DNA of 64,000 nt from assembly GCA_027858855.1 (NCBI GenBank), contig JAQIBV010000038.1, positions 31,966 to 95,965 on the forward strand, written 5' to 3'. This DNA is from Spirochaetota bacterium. GTDB lineage: Bacteria; Spirochaetota; UBA4802; JAFGJZ01. The position numbers and the translations under genes are program-made. The notes beneath the pieces were generated by a model. The model was not told the origin of the DNA and did no database searches. It saw nothing but the letters and a program-made list of their open reading frames with translations. This document shows positions 8,715-18,762 of the stretch, piece after piece (position 1 is the first letter of the stretch; each line of letters begins with the position of its first letter).

Positions 8715-11609
8715 ATGAGAAAAATTATTGGATTTGTGGTAAACAGGCCGCTGCCTGTTCTGTTGTTTCTTTTGCTAGTTACCACTATCATGTCTATCGG
8801 TCTTCCGAAGTTGCAGGTGGAACCTTCGTCAGAAGCTTTGATGCCGAAGGACTCCTCGGAGTATCGTTACAACATGCGTATGAAGCAGGTATTTGGCGAC
8901 AGCCGTCTATTTATGCTTACGCTTATCGAGCCGGATGGCAGCGCACTCTTTTCTAAAGAAAGTTTTGCACTTCTTAATGAGCTTGTTGAAGAGGTCGAGG
9001 AGTTTAGAGTCTTTAATCTGGATATCGAAGAGAAGCGGCTCGATACGATATGCAGTCTGGCTTCGGTCACCTACACTGACTCCGATAGTGTACAGCAGGT
9101 GGATTCATCTGAAAAGGAGGGCGGCCTTTCTGACGAGATGATCGACAGCCTTCTTTTGGGTGATACTCAATTGCAAAATGACTATTACGATGTTTTTGAT
9201 CTTGAGGCACCGCTTCCGACGGATATTTATGTACAGCCCATCCGTTTACGCCGCGACTATCAGTTCGATTCCTATTCGCCTGTCACTAAAGCTATGCTCG
9301 AACAGGCTCTGGATCAGGCGGGGTTTCGCCAGCTACAAACTGTTCTTTCGCGAACAGGGCTTGACGATGTTGGCGGCACACATAGTTTTTCTGAAGAGCA
9401 GTACCGGGCTATTGTTAACGAGTTTGAGACCGCATTTCTGCTTAAGTCTACCGAAGCTGTTAAGCTTTTTATGAATCCGGTTTCGGGAGAGGACATAGTT
9501 GGAACGAAGGAGTCACTGACTCCTGTGGATCTTATCGAAGAGGATGAACAAGGCACACGTCTTCTTCCGCAAACCGACGAAGAATTTACGACTTACAAAC
9601 AGCGTCTTTTGGGTAACCCAGTCTTCGAGAATACCATTTACAGTACAGATGAAGAGGGAAAGATCGATTCGCTGGCGATGACAATACAGCTTCAGGTTAT
9701 CGAGGATGCTGATGCTGCAAGCAGATATCTGATGGATGTGATCACAAAGTATAATGAGAAAGAGCTGCGTTTTTTGCCAGTAGGAATTCCCGTTTTCGAA
9801 AGATATATACAGGAGTATATGGCAAGAGACATGGGGCTTTTTCTTCCTCTTGCACTGCTTGTTGTAATAATGACCTTTCTGCTTAACTTCAGAATGTTCA
9901 GGGGAGTTGCCCTGCCAACTCTTTCGGTAGTCCTCTCTATAATCTGGACAATGGGCTTGATGGGGCATATAGGCATACCAGTTACTATGGTGGTAAATAT
10001 ACTGCCGACAATTCTTGTGGCTGTGGGTAGTTCGTATTCGATACATCTGTTTAATCAGTTTTTGCATGACCGGAGTGAACTACGAGGTGGCGCAGCACGG
10101 CAAAATCTTGTCCGATCAATGACCCGTATTTCTACTACCGTTCTATTGGCTGCATTGACAACTTTTATCGGTTTTTCGACTCTTTCGATTAATCAGGTAG
10201 TCTCGTTACGGCACTTCGGCATCTTTTCTGCGATTGGTACCGTCTTTGCCTGTATAATCTCGCTTCTGCTTATACCGTCTGTTTTTTCCCTGTTTCCCGA
10301 AAAAAAGACAAACAGATCTGATAATATGCAAAATGCTCATCTTCGTTCGATTATTGAAAAGGGTGGAAGGTTTGCAACTAATCATGCAAGGGGTGTTGTG
10401 ATTTTAAGCCTTTTCATTGCAGTCATAGGCATCTATGGCCTAACTCGTATCAACATTGAGTCCTCGCCTGTTACGCAGTTTCATGATGACTCTTATGTTG
10501 TTACCTCTGACTCGCATGTTAGCCGTAAGCTTGATGGCACTGTTACCTTTAACCTTATGATCGACTCGGGAAAGGCGGGTGGAGTCAAGGATCCGGAGTT
10601 TTTAAAACACATAGATGAAACTGCAAAATGGATTGTTAGCCAGAAAAACCGTGACAACTACAACCTTCTTGCGTCCTACTCGTTTGCGGATGTTATTAAG
10701 CGAATGAATAAAGCCATGAACGCCGAAGATGATGCCTTTTACAAGTTGCCAACCGAGCGTAGTGTTGTTGAAGATTATATCATGCTCTACAGTGGTGAAG
10801 ATCGTAATTCGAGTGGCGTACCTGACACAATGGAACGTTTTGTCGATCCGCACTACCGGGTAGCCAACATCACTATCAAAACCGGTACATATAACGGGCG
10901 TCCCTATTCGACAAAAGTATTACTGGAATCCGTTAGTGCAATTAATGATTACATGAACAATCACAACTTCTTTGAAGGCATGAAGCACACGGTTGCCGGA
11001 CAGGGGATAAATTATGCGGTACTAAACCGACTTGTTGCCAGAGGGCAGGTTGTCACAATATCGCTAACACTGATTATTATTTTCGGGATTATCTTTTTTC
11101 TTTTTAAGGATATCAAAGCCGCTTTAATATCACTGATACCAATCTCCTTCAGCATAATTTTTGTTTATGGAACAATGGGCTTTCTTGATATCCCTCTTGA
11201 TCTTCCTAAGTCTATAATCGCAGCGATAACTATCGGCATAGGCATAGACGATACCATACATATGCTCAAAACAATCCGTACCCGACTGCTTGAAGGGTTA
11301 CCGCTTCGCAATGCGATACTAGCTTCGTATGGAGAAGCCGGCATGGCAATAGTATACACCTCTGTTGCCCTCATCTTCGGCTTTTCGGTTCTTATGCTTT
11401 CGCAATTTAAAGTTATATTTTATTTTGGATGGCTGGTTGCCATGAATATGACTGCAACAACCATTGCTGCTCTTTTTATACTGCCCGCCGCTGCATATCT
11501 TTTCAACGTAAGTTTCGGTTTATCTAAAGAGAGTAAAACGGCAACTGTTAGAAGCTCTAACAAGGTTGCTGACATGCTTACAGAAAATACAGCATCAGAG
11601 AGAGGTTAA
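8715..11609 (+). CDS. MMPL/RND-superfamily transporter
   Basis: Two RND halves with about 12 TM segments; AITIGIGIDDTIH, AALTTFIGF, GMAIVYTSVALIFGF. Confidence 0.9.
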   Translation: MRKIIGFVVNRPLPVLLFLLLVTTIMSIGLPKLQVEPSSEALMPKDSSEYRYNMRMKQVFGDSRLFMLTLIEPDGSALFSKESFALLNELVEEVEEFRVFNLDIEEKRLDTICSLASVTYTDSDSVQQVDSSEKEGGLSDEMIDSLLLGDTQLQNDYYDVFDLEAPLPTDIYVQPIRLRRDYQFDSYSPVTKAMLEQALDQAGFRQLQTVLSRTGLDDVGGTHSFSEEQYRAIVNEFETAFLLKSTEAVKLFMNPVSGEDIVGTKESLTPVDLIEEDEQGTRLLPQTDEEFTTYKQRLLGNPVFENTIYSTDEEGKIDSLAMTIQLQVIEDADAASRYLMDVITKYNEKELRFLPVGIPVFERYIQEYMARDMGLFLPLALLVVIMTFLLNFRMFRGVALPTLSVVLSIIWTMGLMGHIGIPVTMVVNILPTILVAVGSSYSIHLFNQFLHDRSELRGGAARQNLVRSMTRISTTVLLAALTTFIGFSTLSINQVVSLRHFGIFSAIGTVFACIISLLLIPSVFSLFPEKKTNRSDNMQNAHLRSIIEKGGRFATNHARGVVILSLFIAVIGIYGLTRINIESSPVTQFHDDSYVVTSDSHVSRKLDGTVTFNLMIDSGKAGGVKDPEFLKHIDETAKWIVSQKNRDNYNLLASYSFADVIKRMNKAMNAEDDAFYKLPTERSVVEDYIMLYSGEDRNSSGVPDTMERFVDPHYRVANITIKTGTYNGRPYSTKVLLESVSAINDYMNNHNFFEGMKHTVAGQGINYAVLNRLVARGQVVTISLTLIIIFGIIFFLFKDIKAALISLIPISFSIIFVYGTMGFLDIPLDLPKSIIAAITIGIGIDDTIHMLKTIRTRLLEGLPLRNAILASYGEAGMAIVYTSVALIFGFSVLMLSQFKVIFYFGWLVAMNMTATTIAALFILPAAAYLFNVSFGLSKESKTATVRSSNKVADMLTENTASERG

Positions 11610-11610
11610 C

Positions 11611-12363
11611 ATGAAAAATATAAACAGACTATTTATTCAGATAATTATATCACTATTTTTGACGATATCTGCCATTTATTCACAGGAGAGCGCCGATTCA
11701 ATAATGAAAAAGAATGACGAAATTCTATCAGGCCAAAGCTTTAAACGAGAGATGACTCTGCTTGTTATAAAGCAGGGCGTAAACGAAAAAAAAGAGTTTG
11801 AAGGGTTTTCTAAAAAAGATGGAAGGTCGCGCCGAAGTAGAATGCAGTTTACAAGCCCGACCGAGATGGGGTTTCTTGTCTGGGATAAACCCGGTGAAGA
11901 CAGTCAGCAGTGGATCAGGTTATCGGGTGGCAGGGTTCGCAGGATAGCCTCAAGTGACAAAGGTAAACCGTGGATGAACTCGCATTTTTATAATGATGAT
12001 GTTTCTGAAAGATACATCGAGAACTACACGTACGAACTGATCGGCGAAGTTTCTGTGAACGGCATCCCTTGTTACAAAATCAGATCTGAAAAAAAAGGTA
12101 GCGGAGCAACATATTCAAAAACCGAGATCTATGTCGGAAAGAAGGATTATCTGACTTACCGTGTGAATTATTACGAAGGGGGCAGGCATACCAAAACGCT
12201 TACTCTTACACGTTATGAAGTTATACAGAATATTCCGACTGCACGGATGCTTACAATGGAACGCACTGATGGCAAGGGAAAGAGTGTACTGTATATCAAA
12301 AATATAAAATACAATGTTCCAATAGATGATAGAGAACTGACACGAGAGGCCCTTGCAAGATGA
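11611..12363 (+). CDS. Outer membrane lipoprotein-sorting (LolA-like, DUF1329-type) protein
   Basis: Signal peptide; FTSPTEMGFLVWD..DSQQWI; RVRRIASSDK..WMNSHFYNDD; YSKTEIYV; GGRHTKTL; follows the MMPL gene. Confidence 0.8.
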   Translation: MKNINRLFIQIIISLFLTISAIYSQESADSIMKKNDEILSGQSFKREMTLLVIKQGVNEKKEFEGFSKKDGRSRRSRMQFTSPTEMGFLVWDKPGEDSQQWIRLSGGRVRRIASSDKGKPWMNSHFYNDDVSERYIENYTYELIGEVSVNGIPCYKIRSEKKGSGATYSKTEIYVGKKDYLTYRVNYYEGGRHTKTLTLTRYEVIQNIPTARMLTMERTDGKGKSVLYIKNIKYNVPIDDRELTREALAR

Positions 12364-13877
12364 AAACAGTAATGCGTAGAGCAATAATGCATAAAGCAAT
12401 AATGCATAAAACAGATACTCGATTTGCAGCATTTACCACGAGTATCGATACCTGCAAAGTCTGGTTTATTGGTGCGATTAATACTATTAAACCGGCAGTA
12501 ACAGCACTTCTTTTATCAGCGATTATGATGCCCGTTGTTGAAATAAATGCGCAGCAACAGGCAGAAGATGATCTGATACCAACAGAGCAGGATGATTTAA
12601 TGTCAATTCTTGATGAGAGTCCCAAAAGCTCGTTTAACTTAAAAGGTTTTGCCGAGGTATCTTCTGATACGGCGCTATCTGAAAATGAGTACGGAGATCA
12701 CTCTTTTTTCAACACGGGAGCACGGACAAAACTGCGTCCGGTTTACTCTTCGCGAAGATTTAAAGCCTATGCGGACATAGATTTTTTCGCGAAAGCCTAT
12801 TCGCATGTGGATCAGTACTCGTTTGAATCATCAGAATTTTATATCGAAGGCGGAGACAGCCTGCTTTGGAAATTCGGCAAACAACGTTTTAACTGGGGTG
12901 TTGCGGATATGTTTTCAGTTGCTAATCCTCTGGACAGAATAGACCTGAGCGAGTCATTTGCCCGTAAAAATGATGAGCGCTTTACCGGAGTCTACGCCTT
13001 GAGTCTAAGCTATATCACTGGTGATTATGCGCTAGAAGCGGCAGCAAGGCCGGTTACTGAGCCTGTTATGCGCCCGGCCGGTTTTTACAGTGTTGGTGGT
13101 GAAGTTCTGCAGACACCAGCGGGCGAAGTAACTCCGTTGTATGATGATGGAGAAGGCGAGAGACGGCTGAAAAAAGCCGCTCTTGCCCTGCGTGGGGGCG
13201 GCACAACAGCGGGTCTTGACTGGCATCTTCTCTATTATAGCGGGCCTCAGCCTCGCTCGGCTCATTCAACTCAGCTCACACAATCTGATCAGGGGCTTAA
13301 TCTTGTTATGGCACCGCTGTTTGAACGGGTAAATATACTGGGGTTTGATGCTGCATATGCAGTCGGGAAACTGAATATGCGTTTCGAAGGGATATTTGTG
13401 CCTGATATGGTTGCATCAGAAGAAATTAGTGACGAGGATCGTGCTGCTGCTTTTGGCAGCATAGTAAACGGCGCAGAATCTGTACTTATGCAAAATGGCA
13501 CGAGGCGTAAATATTTCAGTTACAGCATTGGTTTTGACTATAACCTGTGGGGTAATTATGGCACTATCTATGCCGAGTGGATGCAGTCGCGCTTTCTTGA
13601 TAAAAAAGATATAGAAGAAGAGCTACAGAGTGATATTCTGGCTGTCAGGATTGAAGACTCTTTTTTCCGTCAGGCGTTAAAGCTTTCGGCCGGAACCATG
13701 ACCCGTTTTCGCGGAAACTCTTTGGGTTATGCAATTAATGCTGAAGCCGAATACGACTTCAAGGACGGCCTTAAAGCCGGTGTCGGCACCTACTACTTCA
13801 TCCCCAACAACGACACCTATCTGCAGATGTTCGAAGATATGAGCATGATATACATGCGAATGCGATTTTTCTTTTGA
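12360..13877 (+). CDS. Outer membrane beta-barrel protein (DUF1302-like); true start may be further downstream
   Basis: GKQRFNWGVADMFSVANPL motif, alternating beta strands, C-terminal aromatic residue (RFFF); typical third gene of MMPL/LolA-like operons. Confidence 0.7.
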   Translation: MKTVMRRAIMHKAIMHKTDTRFAAFTTSIDTCKVWFIGAINTIKPAVTALLLSAIMMPVVEINAQQQAEDDLIPTEQDDLMSILDESPKSSFNLKGFAEVSSDTALSENEYGDHSFFNTGARTKLRPVYSSRRFKAYADIDFFAKAYSHVDQYSFESSEFYIEGGDSLLWKFGKQRFNWGVADMFSVANPLDRIDLSESFARKNDERFTGVYALSLSYITGDYALEAAARPVTEPVMRPAGFYSVGGEVLQTPAGEVTPLYDDGEGERRLKKAALALRGGGTTAGLDWHLLYYSGPQPRSAHSTQLTQSDQGLNLVMAPLFERVNILGFDAAYAVGKLNMRFEGIFVPDMVASEEISDEDRAAAFGSIVNGAESVLMQNGTRRKYFSYSIGFDYNLWGNYGTIYAEWMQSRFLDKKDIEEELQSDILAVRIEDSFFRQALKLSAGTMTRFRGNSLGYAINAEAEYDFKDGLKAGVGTYYFIPNNDTYLQMFEDMSMIYMRMRFFF

Positions 13878-13899
13878 AAAACTCGTATATTCCTTACAA

Positions 13900-13928
13900 T
13901 GCTAATTCCGGTGAAGCCGGAATTAGCA
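13900..13928 (+). terminator. 12-bp stem hairpin ending the MMPL operon
   Basis: TGCTAATTCCGG-TGAAG-CCGGAATTAGCA. Confidence 0.6.
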
Positions 13929-14118
13929 AACCCACCCCGAATCGCTAACCACAAAAAGTTTTTTCTAAGTCTTCTAATAGAAGCATATACCTTAAATCAC
14001 CTTACTCTCCGGTTGCACCTGTAGGTACGATAATTAATGGTTGACAAGTATTGGTAATTATGTAAATGACTATATGAGTTACAAATTTACAAATACATAC
14101 AAAGGATTATGTAACAGC

Positions 14119-14952
14119 ATGAAAAAATATTTATCAACATATCCACTTGCAACGAACGAGCTGATTCATTACCCATTGATGTATCCTGACACACTAAAAA
14201 AATACCGGATAAAAAACATTTCGTATGCAACTCTTGATTTTTTATACGACTACGCACATGCCTGTGGAATTTCCAAGGGCGCCTTGAGAACAACACTTTC
14301 ACGCATGAAGAGAGATGAAAGCATAATGCCGGTCACATCAGACAAGAGAGCTCGCTACAGGGTTGCGCCTCTTCAACTTGAAGTCATGACAAACATGCAG
14401 AAAAAGAGAAAAACGAAGGCAAGTGGTTTTACAGTAGCTGTCTACTCATTCGAGAAGAGTCAGGAGAAGCAGCGATCACAGACCCGTGCTCTCCTGCAGT
14501 ACTGCGGGTTTATCCGCTTTGCTCAGAATGCCTACATAAATGTTCATGGCAAGGATGATGAGCTCAGGAAATCTCTGGTTGATGCGGGCGTTGGTGACAA
14601 TGTTTTCCTCTTTCATATTAAAAAGATCGACACAAATGATTTGCAGAGACTATTGAAATGCTGGCAGATTCCGAAGCGTATTCTTTTTCTCAAGCAATTT
14701 CGAAAAGATACAGAGATGTTAATACACGGTAGCGATGGAAGCGATGCCGATTTGTTTAACCGTATCGGTGTTTCATGGGTCGCCTACATTATACATGTCA
14801 GTGCGACAGAACCCCCGCTTCCGTCACGGCTACTTCCCAGGGATTACCCCGAAACTGATATATATAAATTATTATTAAAAGCGAGTATCAAGCACGGTAA
14901 GAAAATGATCAACCACTGGCGGGATGCGAATAGAATTGAAAAACCGGAATAG
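14119..14952 (+). CDS. PaaX-family transcriptional regulator
   Basis: GISKGALRTTLSRMKRD wHTH; VAVYSF..EKQRSQTR.LLQYCGF...AQNAYI central domain; EPPLPSRLLPRDYP C-terminal motif. Confidence 0.78.
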   Translation: MKKYLSTYPLATNELIHYPLMYPDTLKKYRIKNISYATLDFLYDYAHACGISKGALRTTLSRMKRDESIMPVTSDKRARYRVAPLQLEVMTNMQKKRKTKASGFTVAVYSFEKSQEKQRSQTRALLQYCGFIRFAQNAYINVHGKDDELRKSLVDAGVGDNVFLFHIKKIDTNDLQRLLKCWQIPKRILFLKQFRKDTEMLIHGSDGSDADLFNRIGVSWVAYIIHVSATEPPLPSRLLPRDYPETDIYKLLLKASIKHGKKMINHWRDANRIEKPE

Positions 14953-14976
14953 AAAATATAATAACGAGGAGATAAA

Positions 14977-15669
14977 ATGAATCGAAAATCAATCAAACAG
15001 GCTCTGACAGCAGCCATTATGTTTTTAACATGTCTAATAACCACCGTCCCTATTTTCAGCGGTCAATATCAGTACCGCACAATCGTCAGTGGTGATGTGT
15101 TCGAAACGATCATAATTAAAACCGAAGTTGCAGATTCCGGCACATACATTGTCACGCAAGAAGATAAAATAACCGGATATACTCATCACGTTACGCTAAA
15201 CTCCGACTACCATAGCACTCAGTGGGTTGTCACCGATAAAGCCGGAGACAACATCACTTTCAGCAGAAACGGAAGCACTATTGTTGTTAATGGCACACGT
15301 TCAGATGAAAGGATTAACAAAAAGATCGAAATAGATACTCTTCCCTGGTTTGCGTCGCTTGATTTCGGCATACAGGGATTTTGTCTTTCAGGAAAAAAGA
15401 CGATCGACTTTTGGGTAATCGATCCGGATAATTATAAATCACACCGGATGACACTTACTCGAATGGAGACTGAAACAGTGTCGCACGCTGGAAATAAGAC
15501 GAGGTCTGTACGAATTCGCATAACAGCATCCGGAGTGCCAGCTCTTTTCTTCAGTATGAACTACTGGGTACGCATTGCCGACGGTGTGCCTGTACGTTCG
15601 GAGACAAAACGGGGAGGCCCACTTTCTCCAACAGTTATAAATGAACTTGTTAGAGTCTCGGAAAAATAA
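14977..15669 (+). CDS. Secreted beta-rich hypothetical protein
   Basis: RBS GAGGAG, signal peptide, beta-strand pattern. Confidence 0.65.
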   Translation: MNRKSIKQALTAAIMFLTCLITTVPIFSGQYQYRTIVSGDVFETIIIKTEVADSGTYIVTQEDKITGYTHHVTLNSDYHSTQWVVTDKAGDNITFSRNGSTIVVNGTRSDERINKKIEIDTLPWFASLDFGIQGFCLSGKKTIDFWVIDPDNYKSHRMTLTRMETETVSHAGNKTRSVRIRITASGVPALFFSMNYWVRIADGVPVRSETKRGGPLSPTVINELVRVSEK

Positions 15670-15720
15670 AATAGAAGCTGCTATTATAGAGCAGACGTAA
15701 ATAAAAAGAAGAGGTGCAAA

Positions 15721-17223
15721 ATGTCAAAAAATATAATTATTATCGGCTCGGGAATCGCTGGCCTTTCAAGCGGGTGCTACGCGCAAATGAATGGATACAA
15801 TACACATATCGTAGAGCAGCATTCTTTGCCGGGAGGCCTGTGCACAGCATGGGAGCGCAATGGTTACAAAATAGACGGCTGCATACACTGGCTTGTCGGG
15901 TCTTCACCAGAGAGTTCTTTTTACAAATATTGGGAAGAGTTACACGCGCTTAAAGAAACTGAAATAGTCCAACATGAAATCTTCACAACCATAGAGACTG
16001 GTACACCTGAGGACAAAAAAATATTTACTGTTTACACCAATGCCGACAGGCTTAACGCCAATATGAAGAAGATTGCCCCCGAAGATACAGCTGAAATTGA
16101 CACCTTCACTGCGTTAATAAAAAAATTCTCCTCGTTCGAGATAATAACGGATACGCCGCCGGAACTGATGGGCTTGGGCGACTTCTTCAACATGATGAAG
16201 ATGATGAAACCATATATGAGAGAGTTCCGACAATACCGTAAGCTGACGATTAAAGACTATGCCGAACGGTTTTCAAATTCTCATCTGCGCGAAGGTATAA
16301 CTGCAATTCTGGATATGCCGGATTTTTCATTTATGGTACTTCTTTTTATGCTTGGGTGGCAGCATGCAAAAAAAGCCGGATATCCCATTGGCGGATCACT
16401 TCCATTTGCTCGGCGAATTGAAAACAGGTATCTTTCCCTTGGCGGCTCGATTCAGTACAACAGTCGCGTAAAAAGAATACTAACTCGCAAAAACCGCGCC
16501 GTCGGTGTCGAGCTTGATAGCGGACAGAAGCAGTATGCGGATATTATAATCTCGGCTGCTGATGGTTACTCAACAATTTACTCCATGCTCGATGGCAAGT
16601 ATACAAATAAAAAAATTGACCGTATGTACGAAAGACTCCCGCTCTTTCAACCATTTTTCATGCTATCACTCGGAGTTAGGCGTGACTTTTCGTCACAGCC
16701 GCCCATGATTGTCAGGCTTCTGGACTCACCGATTGTACTGGAAGGCAAAACACATCATAAAATCGGTTTCCAGCATTATTGTCATGATCCCAGTCTTGCA
16801 CCGGACGGCGCATCACTGCTCGAGATAATGTACACTTCTGATTACGACTACTGGAAAAATTGCGCACAAACTCCCGATTTATATCGTAAGAATAAAGCAG
16901 CAATTGCCGAAACTCTCATAGGTTGTCTTGAAAATTATTACCCGGGAATCAGAAAGGAGATCGAGATGATTGACACCGCCACACCAATGACATTTGAACG
17001 ATATACTTCAAATAGAAACGGAACCTATGAGGGATGGCTTTTAACACCTAAAACACTGACAATGCGGATAAAGAAAACGCTGCCAGGGCTTAAAAACTTC
17101 TACATGGCAGGGCAGTGGGTTCAGCCGGGTGGTGGCCTACCGTCTGTGGTAAAATCTGGTCGGGATCTGATTTCCCTACTCTGTCACAAGGATAAAAAGA
17201 TTTTGAAGATATCACCCTCTTAG
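15721..17223 (+). CDS. Phytoene desaturase-family FAD-dependent oxidoreductase
   Basis: IIIIGSGIAGLS; EQHSLPGGLCTAWERNGYKIDGCIHWL; GYPIGGS; ATPMTFERYT; NFYMAGQWVQPGGGLP. Confidence 0.88.
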   Translation: MSKNIIIIGSGIAGLSSGCYAQMNGYNTHIVEQHSLPGGLCTAWERNGYKIDGCIHWLVGSSPESSFYKYWEELHALKETEIVQHEIFTTIETGTPEDKKIFTVYTNADRLNANMKKIAPEDTAEIDTFTALIKKFSSFEIITDTPPELMGLGDFFNMMKMMKPYMREFRQYRKLTIKDYAERFSNSHLREGITAILDMPDFSFMVLLFMLGWQHAKKAGYPIGGSLPFARRIENRYLSLGGSIQYNSRVKRILTRKNRAVGVELDSGQKQYADIIISAADGYSTIYSMLDGKYTNKKIDRMYERLPLFQPFFMLSLGVRRDFSSQPPMIVRLLDSPIVLEGKTHHKIGFQHYCHDPSLAPDGASLLEIMYTSDYDYWKNCAQTPDLYRKNKAAIAETLIGCLENYYPGIRKEIEMIDTATPMTFERYTSNRNGTYEGWLLTPKTLTMRIKKTLPGLKNFYMAGQWVQPGGGLPSVVKSGRDLISLLCHKDKKILKISPS

Positions 17224-17261
17224 TTGCTACTAATGGAATCCCTTACTATTTTAAAAAATAC

Positions 17262-17321
17262 TTGTCATTACACCTTAAGTGTAGTATTTTACACTTAACT
17301 CTGTAACACTTGAGGTGTAAT
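17262..17321 (+). promoter_or_regulatory. Sigma70-like promoter overlapped by TTACAC..GTGTAA operator repeats
   Basis: TTGTCA(17262)-17 bp-TATTTT; ATTACACCTTAAGTGT (17267) and ACACTTGAGGTGTAAT (17306) are inverted with one mismatch; third TTACACTT at 17289. Confidence 0.55.
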
Positions 17322-18416
17322 ATGACTAATCCGTTCAGTTTTTCCGGTACTGTCGCAGACCGGGGGTTTTGTAATCGCAAACAAGAGCAGAAAGATATTA
17401 TTGATTTTATCAATAATTCCGAGAACGTGCTGCTGCATGCAAATCGTAGAATGGGCAAAACATCACTAATATACAGGATTCTCTCTAAACTGGATAAAAG
17501 CATTACACATCTGTATGTCGATCTATATGGAACTGTTAGTGAAAATGATTTTATTGAGACATTGATGAAAAATGCCGGTCAACTCGAATCCAGATCTGAA
17601 AAGCTGTTGAAAACAGCGAAAGAGATCTTTACATCATCCAATATTTCACTTTCAATAGATCCTGTTACAAACCTTCCATCGTTAACGCCTGTTTTCGGTA
17701 CATCAAAAAAGACTCTGCTTCTTGAAAACGCAATGCTTCTGCTTGAGCGCTATTCAGAAAAAAACAGGATGGTAATAGTATTTGATGAATTTCAAGAGAT
17801 CGAGAATTACTCCGGGGGCGAGTTTGAAAAAAGGTTGCGGGGTTTTGTTCAAAAGCATGACAGGATATCATATATTTTTGCGGGAAGCCGTCAGCACATA
17901 CTTGCACACATGTTTAATTCGAAGGGAAAAGCCTTCTATAAACTGGCTCACAGCTATCCACTGTCCGAAATTGAAGAGACCGATTATATGAAGTGGATAA
18001 AAAAGCTATTTGCTAAAAAATCGAAAATTTCCGACACGATTATTCTTGAAGTCCTCAATCTCTGCGAAAGACACCCCATGTACATACAGCAGTTTTTTTA
18101 TCATCTATGGGATTCAGATCTCAACAAACCGAACATTATTGATCGCACCTTGCGGTTAATATTATTACGTAACAGAAACGAATATATGAACATCTGGGAT
18201 AGTCTGACTCTTAATCAACGCAAAACTCTTAAATTAATTGCCGCAAATGACGGCAATGAGCTTTACTCTGCAGACTCTCTGAAATCTGTAAGCCTGACAA
18301 CACCGTCACAGGTTACCAAAGCTTTGCAGTCGTTAACAAATAAAGATATTGTTCAGAAAAATGGAACCTTCAGGATACAGGACGTAATGTTCAAGCAATG
18401 GGTTTTAAGGTTGTGA
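17322..18416 (+). CDS. AAA/archaeal-type ATPase with C-terminal winged helix
   Basis: NPF..FCNRKQE; Walker A RRMGKTS; Walker B IVFDEFQ; FAGS; HPMYIQ; C-terminal DVMFKQW. Confidence 0.85.
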   Translation: MTNPFSFSGTVADRGFCNRKQEQKDIIDFINNSENVLLHANRRMGKTSLIYRILSKLDKSITHLYVDLYGTVSENDFIETLMKNAGQLESRSEKLLKTAKEIFTSSNISLSIDPVTNLPSLTPVFGTSKKTLLLENAMLLLERYSEKNRMVIVFDEFQEIENYSGGEFEKRLRGFVQKHDRISYIFAGSRQHILAHMFNSKGKAFYKLAHSYPLSEIEETDYMKWIKKLFAKKSKISDTIILEVLNLCERHPMYIQQFFYHLWDSDLNKPNIIDRTLRLILLRNRNEYMNIWDSLTLNQRKTLKLIAANDGNELYSADSLKSVSLTTPSQVTKALQSLTNKDIVQKNGTFRIQDVMFKQWVLRL

Positions 18417-18762
18417 TCTGTAAAAACTGTCTTCGGTTGAGCAAAAAGTTATTTTGATTTTGTAATAAAAAATGGGTTCTGCTAATTGAAAAGACGCTTA
18501 TTGGTTATCTAAAGGGCAACCTACCTGGTTAAAAAAGTCGTTAAAGCAGCATAATTCTAAAAAAAAAAGTTTGAGAATATCACAAAATTAGTGACACTTA
18601 TAACCTGATTATCTGTTGAATTTATGTAATTTCTAAACAATATGGTGTTGTCGTATGTTGCGAAAATCTGGATCAGAGTCATTTATTGATCTTCCACGTG
18701 AATTTGCGAAGCACCATGTATATTTGTTCAGTTTAGAAAATCAAATTATAGGGATCTGATTA

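Noticed and set aside
9513-10067. 184-aa minus-strand ORF and similar short ORFs nested in long genes
   Set aside because: They overlap well-supported genes on the opposite strand or frame and carry no recognisable motifs.
12380-12409. 15-bp tandem duplication AGCAATAATGCATAA at the start of the beta-barrel ORF
   Set aside because: Only two in-frame copies in a probably non-conserved N-terminal extension; no evidence of phase variation.
15721-17223. Carotenoid biosynthesis (crtI)
   Set aside because: No crtB, crtE or cyclase nearby, and the family includes many non-carotenoid oxidoreductases.
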